A stretch of 52,198 bases of DNA from an uncultured Gammaproteobacteria bacterium (GTDB lineage Bacteria > Patescibacteriota > Patescibacteriia > Patescibacteriales > UBA12465): contig CAYOKE010000002.1 of assembly GCA_964404515.1 (NCBI GenBank), positions 1 to 52,198 of the forward strand, given 5' to 3'. Shown here piece after piece: positions 18,045-25,563 of this stretch (within the stretch, counting starts at the first letter, position 1; every line of letters starts with the position of its first letter). The notes beneath the pieces were generated by a model that searched no databases, was not told the origin of the DNA, and saw only the letters and a program-made list of their open reading frames with translations. The position numbers and the translations under genes were made by a program.

Positions 18045-20456
18045 ATGTTAAAAAATAAATTCGTTCGTTTCTTCAAGGAGCTCTCGATTAAGAACGTGCC
18101 GCAAGTCGGCGGCAAGAACGCCTCTCTCGGCGAGATGTATTGCCAGCTAGCCAGGAGAGGAATCAAAGTTCCTAACGGTTTTGCTACGACGGCAGCTGCC
18201 TATGAATATTTTTTAGAATCGACCGGCTTAAAAAAGGATATCAAAGCAATTCTTAGGGATCTGGACACTAAGGATATCCCAGATTTGATGAGGCGGGGAG
18301 CCTTGATTAGGAAAAAAATAATCGCTACCCAGTTGCCCGTTGATTTTTCCCGGGCTATCGTCAAAGCCTATCAGGAGCTATCGGCCAGCTATAAGGTTAA
18401 GAATTTGGACGTTGCCGTCCGTTCAAGCGCGACCGCCGAAGATCTCCCAGATGCTTCATTCGCTGGCCAGCAGGAAACCTTCCTGAATGTTACTGGCGAG
18501 AAAGATCTTCTTTTAGCTGTTAAGAAATGTATCGCTTCGCTATTTACGGACCGCGCTATCTCCTATCGGGTCGATAAGAAATTTGACCATTTTTCCATCG
18601 CTCTATCAGTCGGGGTCCAGAAGATGGTTCGTTCCGACCTAGGTTCTTCCGGTGTTATGTTTACGATCGATACGGAATCCGGCTTCAGGAACGCCATCCT
18701 GATAAATTCCATCTTCGGCTTAGGGGAGAATATCGTCCAGGGGCATGTCACTCCGGATGAATTCTATTTCTTCAAGCCGACCCAGAAGATAATTTCTCGC
18801 AGCTTTGGCCGCAAAGATATAAAGATGGTTTATAGCTCCCAGGGCGGCCGGCCGGTGAAAAACGTCAAGATCGCTGCTAATGAGCAATTAAAGCCGTCCC
18901 TGACCGATCGGCAGGTGGTCCAGCTGGCTAAATGGGGGATGTTGATCGAGGAACATTATAGACGGCCCATGGATATAGAATTTGCCCTGGATGGCCGTAA
19001 TAATGAACTGTATATCATTCAGGCCCGGCCGGAGACGGTCCAAAGCGTGAAGAATCGGAACGTGATCGAGCATTATAAGCTAGCCAAGAAAGGCCGGGTT
19101 ATAATTTCCGGCCAGAGCGTCGGCAATAAAATCGGCGCCGGTGAAGCCAACCGGATAATGGAGGTAAGGCATATTAGCAGCTTTAAAGCCGGCCAGGTCC
19201 TAGTAACCGACATGACGGATCCGGATTGGGAGCCGATCATGAAGATTGCTTCGGCAATCGTGACTGACAAAGGCGGCCGGACTTGCCATGCGGCTATCGT
19301 TTCCCGGGAACTGGGCGTTCCATGTATCGTTGGCACTAGACAGGCCTCCAGGCTGATAAAGACCGGCCAGAAAGTGACTGTCTCTTGCGCTGAAGGGGAA
19401 ACGGGCCATGTCTATGAAGGCCAACTGCCTTTCAAGGTCGAAGAGACTGATATTAAGAATCTAAAAAGGCCGAAGACCAAGATTATGCTCAATATCGGTG
19501 AGCCCGATTTGGCTTTCGGTTCCTCGTTTATCCCGAACGACGGCGTCGGGCTTGCCCGCCTAGAATTTATAATTAATAATTATATCAAGATCCATCCCCT
19601 AGCCCTGGTAAATTATGGCCGCCTAAAGGATCGGAAAGTCAGGCAGCAGATTGATAAGCTGACGGTGGGTTATAAGAATAAGCCCCAATATTTCATTGAT
19701 CGCTTGGCACAGGGGATCGCTATGATTGCCGCCGCTTTTTATCCTAAAGACGTCATCCTGCGTTTGAGCGACTTCAAGACGAATGAATACGCTAATTTGA
19801 TTGGAGGCCGGGATTACGAGCCGACTGAAGCCAACCCGATGATTGGTTGGCGCGGAGCCAGCCGGTATTATTCTCCTCAATTTCTGCCGGCCTTCGAATT
19901 AGAATGCCGGGCGATCAAGAAAGTCAGGGAAGAGATGGGTCTAAAGAACCTCAAGGTGATGATTCCGTTCTGTCGGACGGTCGAGGAGGGTAAGAAGGTC
20001 CAGCAGGTAATGGCGGAGAACGGTTTACGCCGAGGGCAGGAAGGGCTAGAGGTATATGTGATGGCCGAAATTCCCTCCAATATCATATTAGCAGAAAAGT
20101 TCTGCCATATCTTTGACGGGTTTTCTATCGGCTCCAATGACCTAACGCAGTTAGCGCTTGGCATCGATCGCGATTCTGGCGGTACGCTATCGGTCGCCGG
20201 CGTAGCAAACGAAAAGAATGAAGCAGTTAAGGAATTGATTAAGAATCTTATCAAGATTGCTAAGAAATACCGGCGCAAAGTCGGCATTTGCGGCCAAGGC
20301 CCGAGTGATTTCCCTGATTTCGCCGAATTTTTGGTCGAAGAGGGGATAGATAGTATTTCCCTTAACCCAGATACGACCGTTTCCACCACCCTGGCGATTG
20401 CTAACCATGAAAGGAAGCTCCGCCGCAGTCGGGGGATACTGAGTCTATTCTTCTAA
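18045..20456 (+). CDS. ppsA: phosphoenolpyruvate synthase
   Basis: 803 aa. ATP-grasp N-domain, swivel His motif GGRTCHAAIVSRELGVPCIVG, and a PEP-utilizer C-domain (GFSIGSNDLTQL). Confidence 0.95.
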   Translation: MLKNKFVRFFKELSIKNVPQVGGKNASLGEMYCQLARRGIKVPNGFATTAAAYEYFLESTGLKKDIKAILRDLDTKDIPDLMRRGALIRKKIIATQLPVDFSRAIVKAYQELSASYKVKNLDVAVRSSATAEDLPDASFAGQQETFLNVTGEKDLLLAVKKCIASLFTDRAISYRVDKKFDHFSIALSVGVQKMVRSDLGSSGVMFTIDTESGFRNAILINSIFGLGENIVQGHVTPDEFYFFKPTQKIISRSFGRKDIKMVYSSQGGRPVKNVKIAANEQLKPSLTDRQVVQLAKWGMLIEEHYRRPMDIEFALDGRNNELYIIQARPETVQSVKNRNVIEHYKLAKKGRVIISGQSVGNKIGAGEANRIMEVRHISSFKAGQVLVTDMTDPDWEPIMKIASAIVTDKGGRTCHAAIVSRELGVPCIVGTRQASRLIKTGQKVTVSCAEGETGHVYEGQLPFKVEETDIKNLKRPKTKIMLNIGEPDLAFGSSFIPNDGVGLARLEFIINNYIKIHPLALVNYGRLKDRKVRQQIDKLTVGYKNKPQYFIDRLAQGIAMIAAAFYPKDVILRLSDFKTNEYANLIGGRDYEPTEANPMIGWRGASRYYSPQFLPAFELECRAIKKVREEMGLKNLKVMIPFCRTVEEGKKVQQVMAENGLRRGQEGLEVYVMAEIPSNIILAEKFCHIFDGFSIGSNDLTQLALGIDRDSGGTLSVAGVANEKNEAVKELIKNLIKIAKKYRRKVGICGQGPSDFPDFAEFLVEEGIDSISLNPDTTVSTTLAIANHERKLRRSRGILSLFF

Positions 20457-20474
20457 GAAAGAATATTCGTTTAT

Positions 20475-20505
20475 AAAAAACACTCCCGGAAGGGAGTGTT
20501 TTTTA
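20475..20505. terminator. bidirectional rho-independent terminator
   Basis: AAAAAA-CACTCCC-GGAA-GGGAGTG-TTTTTT, between convergent genes. Confidence 0.85.
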
Positions 20506-20519
20506 TATATAGACTATGC

Positions 20520-21074
20520 TTATTCTATGACTTGGATTTTAGCGACTTTGACTCCGAAGTGGATAGCATCATCATAATCTTTCATCCAGACATCAACCCG
20601 GTTAGCATGGCGCCGGTTCATCCGGTCACGGACAACAAATACTTTCTCGCCGAACAGTTCCGGAATCATTACTTTAGCCCCGAAGGGAAGGAAGTTGGCG
20701 GCAATAGTATCTTCTTTTCCTGACCGGCAGACATTGAAGCCGTTAGCCGTAGTGCAGGGGTCGCTATCAGTCTGAGCAACGTCAGAGTTGTAGGCCGTGA
20801 TAGTATGGGTGCTGGTGCTGAGGATTTTTATAGGTTTAGGCTCGGGCCGGTTGACGACAGGGCCAGAGGTGACCCTTGGAGCCATAATTGGCGCCTGGTC
20901 AGCCTGGTCAGCCGCCGTTTCCTGGTTTTCTGCTTGCTTTACAGCGTCGTCAGCCAGGGCCGGGGCATAAAATAGGGCAAATTGAAAGATACAGGCAACC
21001 AATATCAATAAAATTAGGTTCTGTCGGCTATTAAGGGGCACGACTTCTTCCTTGATAATTTGGAGTATTTTCAT
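20520..21074 (-). CDS. secreted/anchored 3D-domain protein (lytic transglycosylase-like cell-wall hydrolase)
   Basis: N-terminal TM/signal segment, Pro/Ala linker, and a C-terminal 3D-domain-like sequence (TAYNSDVAQTDSDPCTTANG ... RMNRRHANRVDVWM). Confidence 0.7.
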   Translation of the reverse strand: MKILQIIKEEVVPLNSRQNLILLILVACIFQFALFYAPALADDAVKQAENQETAADQADQAPIMAPRVTSGPVVNRPEPKPIKILSTSTHTITAYNSDVAQTDSDPCTTANGFNVCRSGKEDTIAANFLPFGAKVMIPELFGEKVFVVRDRMNRRHANRVDVWMKDYDDAIHFGVKVAKIQVIE

Positions 21075-21205
21075 ATTTGTTTAATATTAGCCTAATTAAA
21101 AAATCCCTACTCTATCATATTCATGATATTGAAGCAGGGATTTTCTTGACCGATTAACTTAGCATGGCTAAGGATAAAAGTCAACTGTCTGGTGGGGATA
21201 AGTTA

Positions 21206-21234
21206 TTGACAGATTTTATCAATTGTGATATAAT
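21206..21234 (+). promoter_or_regulatory. perfect consensus sigma70 promoter
   Basis: TTGACA (21206-21211), 17-nt spacer, TATAAT (21229-21234). Lies 87 nt upstream of the ATG at 21321. Confidence 0.7.
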
Positions 21235-21320
21235 TACCTAACAATTAAATAGTTATTCAACCACCAACGGATGGGATTTTCCGTTCATTTAAAACCGAAA
21301 AAGTAACAAAAACGAATATA

Positions 21321-22190
21321 ATGAAAAAGTCAGTCATTATTATGGTGATGTTGGTCGTTTCGACCGTTTCCGCCATCAGTTTGAGCGCCCAACCTACGAA
21401 ACAGGAGCGCAAACAGCTTGAATCCTTGGATCGTGAGATCCGGAAGCTTGACTTCCAGATCAATCGTCTGGAACTCAAGATATACTCCAGCGGCTATTCC
21501 CATATTGATTATTTAGGGGAAATAAAGATCCTAAAGGCCAAGGTTGACTCTTTGGCCAGATTCAAACCTAAGAACGTAGTCGAGATGGCCCAGCGCGACG
21601 CCCAGATCACCAAGCTGGATAGTATGATCCAGCACGATTATCAGCAGCTGGCCAAACAGCCCGATGTTCGCAACCTTGTCCAGGACCTGAACTGGAAATG
21701 GCAGCACCTTGAAAAGTTAATCAAGATTCGAGATGTAATTTATGACCACGTGTACACCTCCAACCAAATCCCCAAAGAGATGGGCAATGTGACTGTACAT
21801 CGCCGTCTAAATTCCAATGTTGTCCGTCGCCAGGAAATGGTGATTGGCAAGATTGAGAACAACCTCAACGGGACTTCGGTGTCGGTCGCACCGACCGACA
21901 CTGGCATGATCACCTCTGCTGGTTACAAGGTAATATTCCACAACTATTACTACGACAATGTCAATTTTAGGGTTGAGCCACTTAATGGCGGAGACCGGAC
22001 ATCCTACACGCTTAAGTCGGGAGGTAAGGAAGTCCATTATCTTATCCCTGGGTCATACCTAATACACTATTACAGCGCCGGGACTGAACTCTGCTCGCCT
22101 CAGATTATGACCATCGACGGTCAGGTGCGATCTTATGAGGGTGAACCATGCTACAATTTCGCCTATATGCCGAATTCCATCAGGCGTTAA
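21321..22190 (+). CDS. secreted hypothetical protein (coiled-coil N-half, beta-rich C-half)
   Basis: Signal peptide MKKSVIIMVMLVVSTVSAISLSAQ. No recognisable domain. Confidence 0.7.
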   Translation: MKKSVIIMVMLVVSTVSAISLSAQPTKQERKQLESLDREIRKLDFQINRLELKIYSSGYSHIDYLGEIKILKAKVDSLARFKPKNVVEMAQRDAQITKLDSMIQHDYQQLAKQPDVRNLVQDLNWKWQHLEKLIKIRDVIYDHVYTSNQIPKEMGNVTVHRRLNSNVVRRQEMVIGKIENNLNGTSVSVAPTDTGMITSAGYKVIFHNYYYDNVNFRVEPLNGGDRTSYTLKSGGKEVHYLIPGSYLIHYYSAGTELCSPQIMTIDGQVRSYEGEPCYNFAYMPNSIRR

Positions 22191-22242
22191 GATCGGATCT
22201 GCCGGTGAGTAATCACTAAAACTTTCATTCGTATCACAAAAT

Positions 22243-22279
22243 AAAGGGGAGATCGCTTTCATTGAGCTTTCTCCCCTTT
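22243..22279. terminator. bidirectional terminator hairpin
   Basis: AAAGGGGAGA (22243-22252) pairs with TCTCCCCTTT (22270-22279), between convergent genes. Confidence 0.7.
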
Positions 22280-22306
22280 AAAATTGTTTAAATATTGATA
22301 GGTTTT

Positions 22307-22723
22307 TTATCCACCAGTAAAGCCCTGCGGTTTGACTGATCCGCCTCCGAAAGGTAGAACCTTGAAGATGAAATAAGTGATAGCGAAAGCCGCTAAGACT
22401 ACCACTAGGCCAATAACGGCCATGGTTATAGTTTTAGTGGCTTTTTTTACTTGTTCTTCATTTCCGCCCGCTGTCATCCAGCGGAAGCCGGAGAAAAGCA
22501 CGAGGACTAGGAAAATGACGGCCAGGAAGCCGAGGGCCGTTTGAATTATGACCGCTACTAAGTGTCCGATGGTGGTTCGGCCGTAGTTGGCCGTCTTAGC
22601 GACCTCATCAGTCATCATATTCAGTTCTTCCAGTCCTTCCGTATCGATCAATTGGGCAGAGGCACCGTGAGAAGCAAAGACGATGATAAGCAGTGACCAG
22701 GCTAGAAGAAGATATTTTTTCAT
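22307..22723 (-). CDS. VirB2/TrbC-like pilin-family small membrane protein, paralog 1
   Basis: Signal peptide, variable segment, TM helix, loop FRWMTAGGNEEQVKKA, second TM helix. Confidence 0.75.
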   Translation of the reverse strand: MKKYLLLAWSLLIIVFASHGASAQLIDTEGLEELNMMTDEVAKTANYGRTTIGHLVAVIIQTALGFLAVIFLVLVLFSGFRWMTAGGNEEQVKKATKTITMAVIGLVVVLAAFAITYFIFKVLPFGGGSVKPQGFTGG

Positions 22724-22724
22724 A

Positions 22725-23126
22725 TTATCCCTTGAGTATTAGATTTTGTAAGACAAAATTCCAAAGCGTCCAGGCCGAAACGGCTACGATTAAGCCGATT
22801 ACAGCCTGTTTGATGGTGTTCATGGCTTTTTTTACTTGTTCTTCGTTTCCGCCCGCTGTCATCCAGCTGTATCCGGCTAAGATCATGAGGATTATGAAGA
22901 CTACGCCGAGGAGGCTCAGAAATAGCCCGACGACTGTACCGATGATTATCGGCGTCGAAACAGATGAACTGGTATTATAGCCGCCAGCCGTCCCGACCGC
23001 CGTCAGCATTTTTAAGAGATGGTTAGATTCCGTGCTCGATTCGGCTTGAGAGCCCTCCGCCGAAACGCTAGCCGGAATTATCATTAGGGAAGCCGCTAAA
23101 ATTAAGGCAAAGATTATTTTTTTCAT
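22725..23126 (-). CDS. VirB2/TrbC-like pilin-family protein, paralog 2
   Basis: Same architecture, with loop YSWMTAGGNEEQVKKA. 1-nt gap to paralog 1. Confidence 0.75.
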   Translation of the reverse strand: MKKIIFALILAASLMIIPASVSAEGSQAESSTESNHLLKMLTAVGTAGGYNTSSSVSTPIIIGTVVGLFLSLLGVVFIILMILAGYSWMTAGGNEEQVKKAMNTIKQAVIGLIVAVSAWTLWNFVLQNLILKG

Positions 23127-23135
23127 ATTTTCTGA

Positions 23136-23534
23136 TTATTTAGAAGCAGACGTTAGGAGCAGACGAGAGAATACGCTCCCCAGGAAAGAGCTCATTAGAT
23201 AGGCGGCGAGTATAAGGCAGAGCCCGATTAGGAGATTGCGGATGGTGGCTTTAGCCTTCTTCGTCTTCTCTTCGTTGCCAGCGGCTTGCATCCAATTATT
23301 TCCAGCTATGAAAGCCAGGACTAAGAATATGGCCCCGACTAGGCTTAAGGCGAGGCGGATTATGGTACCGATCAGGTTCGCCAAGTTAGCATCCTTATTA
23401 TAGCCGTCGCCCGCCAGATTATTCAGATTATTGTTATATTCAAGCAGTTTATTGTCGTTCAAGAGGCCTGCTTGGGCGAAATTAAAAGCCAGGAGGGAGA
23501 TGAGGACTGCGATAATAGCGATTATCTTCTTCAT
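23136..23534 (-). CDS. VirB2/TrbC-like pilin-family protein, paralog 3
   Basis: Loop NNWMQAAGNEEKTKKA. Signal peptide ends AQA. Confidence 0.75.
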   Translation of the reverse strand: MKKIIAIIAVLISLLAFNFAQAGLLNDNKLLEYNNNLNNLAGDGYNKDANLANLIGTIIRLALSLVGAIFLVLAFIAGNNWMQAAGNEEKTKKAKATIRNLLIGLCLILAAYLMSSFLGSVFSRLLLTSASK

Positions 23535-23547
23535 ATTTATATCTTTA

Positions 23548-23943
23548 TTAGCCCCCTAAGCGCTTCAGGATGAAATAGCTGATGACGTAAGCGGATAAGA
23601 CTATTATCAGTCCGAACACAGAAGACATCAGTATGCCATTAGCCTTTTTGACTTTCTCCTCGTTGCCGCCGGCTGTCATCCAGATGAAACCGCCGTAAAT
23701 CAGGAGAACCATGAAAATTACGCCGACAAATCCCAGGACGCTATAAATTACATTGCCAATTAGCTGTTCTGGCGTAGTGGCATCACCGTCTGTAGCATAG
23801 CCGCTAACTTCGGCCGTTTTGTTCAAGCCGCTTTTTTCTTTAAAGGTGTAGGTGTCTTCAGCCAGGGCCGGAAGGGAGAAACAAAGGCTGATAATTAAAA
23901 ACGCTAGGATGATTATTGATTTTGAGAAGAAATTCTTTTTCAT
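23548..23943 (-). CDS. VirB2/TrbC-like pilin-family protein, paralog 4
   Basis: Loop FIWMTAGGNEEKVKKA. Signal peptide ends ALA. Confidence 0.75.
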   Translation of the reverse strand: MKKNFFSKSIIILAFLIISLCFSLPALAEDTYTFKEKSGLNKTAEVSGYATDGDATTPEQLIGNVIYSVLGFVGVIFMVLLIYGGFIWMTAGGNEEKVKKANGILMSSVFGLIIVLSAYVISYFILKRLGG

Positions 23944-24332
23944 TATATTAAAGCTTCACCCAAGAAAGACGTCAAAGCATAGGCGGCCAAGACGATGATA
24001 ATCCCTATGATAGCATCTCTTAGTAGCGTCTTAGCTTTAGAAATTTGTTGTTCATTGCCCTGGGATACCATCCACAAGACTCCAGCGTATATCATTAGAA
24101 CGAAGAAAAGAACGCCCACGAAGGATAGGACAGTGCCGATCAGTTGTCCGGCCTTAGTTTGTAGGAAACTTTCTGGTTTTAAGGGGTCTATTTGACTTTT
24201 ATAAGCGTCGACCGCATTAGCGGTCGAATTGAGACCTTCTAAGGTCGGGTCCACATTGTCCGCCCAGGTTGGCGATAGAGAGAAGAGACTTAGGGCCAAA
24301 AGGAAGAAGATAGAAAATATTTTTTTCTTCAT
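23943..24332 (-). CDS. VirB2/TrbC-like pilin-family protein, paralog 5
   Basis: Loop VLWMVSQGNEQQISKA. TAATG stop/start overlap with paralog 4. Confidence 0.75.
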   Translation of the reverse strand: MKKKIFSIFFLLALSLFSLSPTWADNVDPTLEGLNSTANAVDAYKSQIDPLKPESFLQTKAGQLIGTVLSFVGVLFFVLMIYAGVLWMVSQGNEQQISKAKTLLRDAIIGIIIVLAAYALTSFLGEALI

Positions 24333-24343
24333 AGAGATTTATT

Positions 24344-24384
24344 CACTGGCCTAAACATAAGCCCAGCTTACGCTTAGGCCAGTG
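24344..24384. other. 11-bp perfect hairpin between pilin paralogs 6 and 5
   Basis: CACTGGCCTAA (24344-24354) pairs with TTAGGCCAGTG (24374-24384), with a 19-nt loop. There is no U-run on the minus strand, so it is not a canonical terminator. Confidence 0.5.
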
Positions 24385-24428
24385 GCACTCATCAGGCGAT
24401 GAGAGTCACTGGGTAGTTTATTATTCCG

Positions 24429-24806
24429 CTACGTCATGTTAGTAGCACTGTTAAGGGAGTTGAATATGAATGTGGCTATCGCCCAGGCCATCAAGATGAT
24501 AACCAGGCCGATAACGCCTGCTCCCATCAATTTTTTAGCTTCGGAAGCCTTTTCTTCGTTCCCTCCGGACGTCATCCATTTGAAACCAGCCAGTATGATA
24601 ATGACCACTGCGATTACGCCCAAGAAACCGAGCGCGATAGTGATTATCCGACCGATGACGGTTCTCGGGTCTTCTACGGTCATGGAGCCGTTGATCCCAT
24701 TGTTGATTTCCCCAATACCGTAGTTAACTTGTGCCATGGCTAGCATGGGCAGAGTCAGCAAAGAGATAATCGCGAGAGACAGTAAGTATTTTGAGAATTT
24801 TTGCAT
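24429..24806 (-). CDS. VirB2/TrbC-like pilin-family protein, paralog 6 (duplicate A)
   Basis: Loop FKWMTSGGNEEKASEA. Residues 1-116 are nearly identical to paralog 7, with a shorter C-terminus (..SATNMT). Confidence 0.75.
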   Translation of the reverse strand: MQKFSKYLLSLAIISLLTLPMLAMAQVNYGIGEINNGINGSMTVEDPRTVIGRIITIALGFLGVIAVVIIILAGFKWMTSGGNEEKASEAKKLMGAGVIGLVIILMAWAIATFIFNSLNSATNMT

Positions 24807-24911
24807 ATTTCACCACCTTTCTAGTTTTTATTTTTTTAGCTTACGTTTCTAATTCTAATAAAATTCTTTATGCTAGAATAGGGGCAGGAGGCTTGTTTTA
24901 TTGGCTATTTT

Positions 24912-25017
24912 ATGGCAAAAATCAAAAAGCTTAAATTTATCTGGTTTTTGGACTTTTTTTCTATATTTCTTTGTTTGGGCTGCCCTTGAATAACTCTTTC
25001 AGCTACCTGGACCCTGG
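24912..25017 (+). pseudogene. truncated, frameshifted 5' remnant of the 25564..27150 gene
   Basis: Starts with the same ATGGCAAAAATCAAAAAGCTTAAATTTATCTGG. The T-run is 7 nt rather than 8 (24954-24960 vs 25606-25613), giving a TGA at 24987-24989. Homology ends at ~25016. Confidence 0.85.
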
Positions 25018-25050
25018 CTGGCGATGAGAGTCACTACATGTAGTTCACTA

Positions 25051-25458
25051 TTATTTCGGCGGTTCCGACGGTGCGGTGTTTCCCCCCATTCCAGTAGCAC
25101 TGTTAAGGGAATCGAATATGAATGTGGCTATCGCCCAGGCCATCAAGATAATAACCAGGCCGATAACGCCTGCTCCCATCAATTTTTTAGCTTCGGAAAC
25201 CTTTTCTTCGTTCCCTCCGGCCGTCATCCATTTGAAACCAGCCAGTATGATAATGACCACTGCGATTACGCCCAAGAAACCGAGCGCGATAGTGATTATC
25301 CGACCGATGACGGTTCTCGGGTCTTCTACGGTCATGGAGCCGTTGATCCCATTGTTGATTTCCCCAATACCGTAGTTAACTTGTGCCATGGCTAGCATGG
25401 GCAGAGTCAGCAAAGAGATAATCGCGAGAGACAGTAAGTATTTTGAGAATTTTTGCAT
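25051..25458 (-). CDS. VirB2/TrbC-like pilin-family protein, paralog 7 (duplicate B)
   Basis: Loop FKWMTAGGNEEKVSEA. C-terminal extension GMGGNTAPSEPPK. Strong SD (AAAGGTGGTGA) upstream. Confidence 0.75.
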   Translation of the reverse strand: MQKFSKYLLSLAIISLLTLPMLAMAQVNYGIGEINNGINGSMTVEDPRTVIGRIITIALGFLGVIAVVIIILAGFKWMTAGGNEEKVSEAKKLMGAGVIGLVIILMAWAIATFIFDSLNSATGMGGNTAPSEPPK

Positions 25459-25563
25459 ATTTCACCACCTTTCTAGTTTTTATTTTTTTAGCTTACGTTT
25501 CTAATTCTAATAAAATTCTTTATGCTAGAATAGGGGCAGGAGGCTTGTTTTATTGGCTATTTT

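Noticed and set aside
22693-25395. Plus-strand ORFs 22693..22980, 23995..24195, 24436..24723, 25024..25395 and 25076..25375, antisense to the pilin genes.
   Set aside because: They mirror the conserved pilin coding sequence and repeat only because the pilin genes repeat. The minus-strand frames have signal peptides, TM helices, SD sequences and operon-like packing.
22307-25458. CRISPR array or DGR (diversity-generating retroelement) as an explanation for the repeated ~40-nt segments and the A/B pilin differences.
   Set aside because: The repeats are in-frame coding segments of paralogous genes with variable spacing, not short regular repeat-spacer units. No cas genes or reverse transcriptase are in the window. 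The A/B copies differ at only ~5 positions, too few to show adenine-specific mutagenesis.
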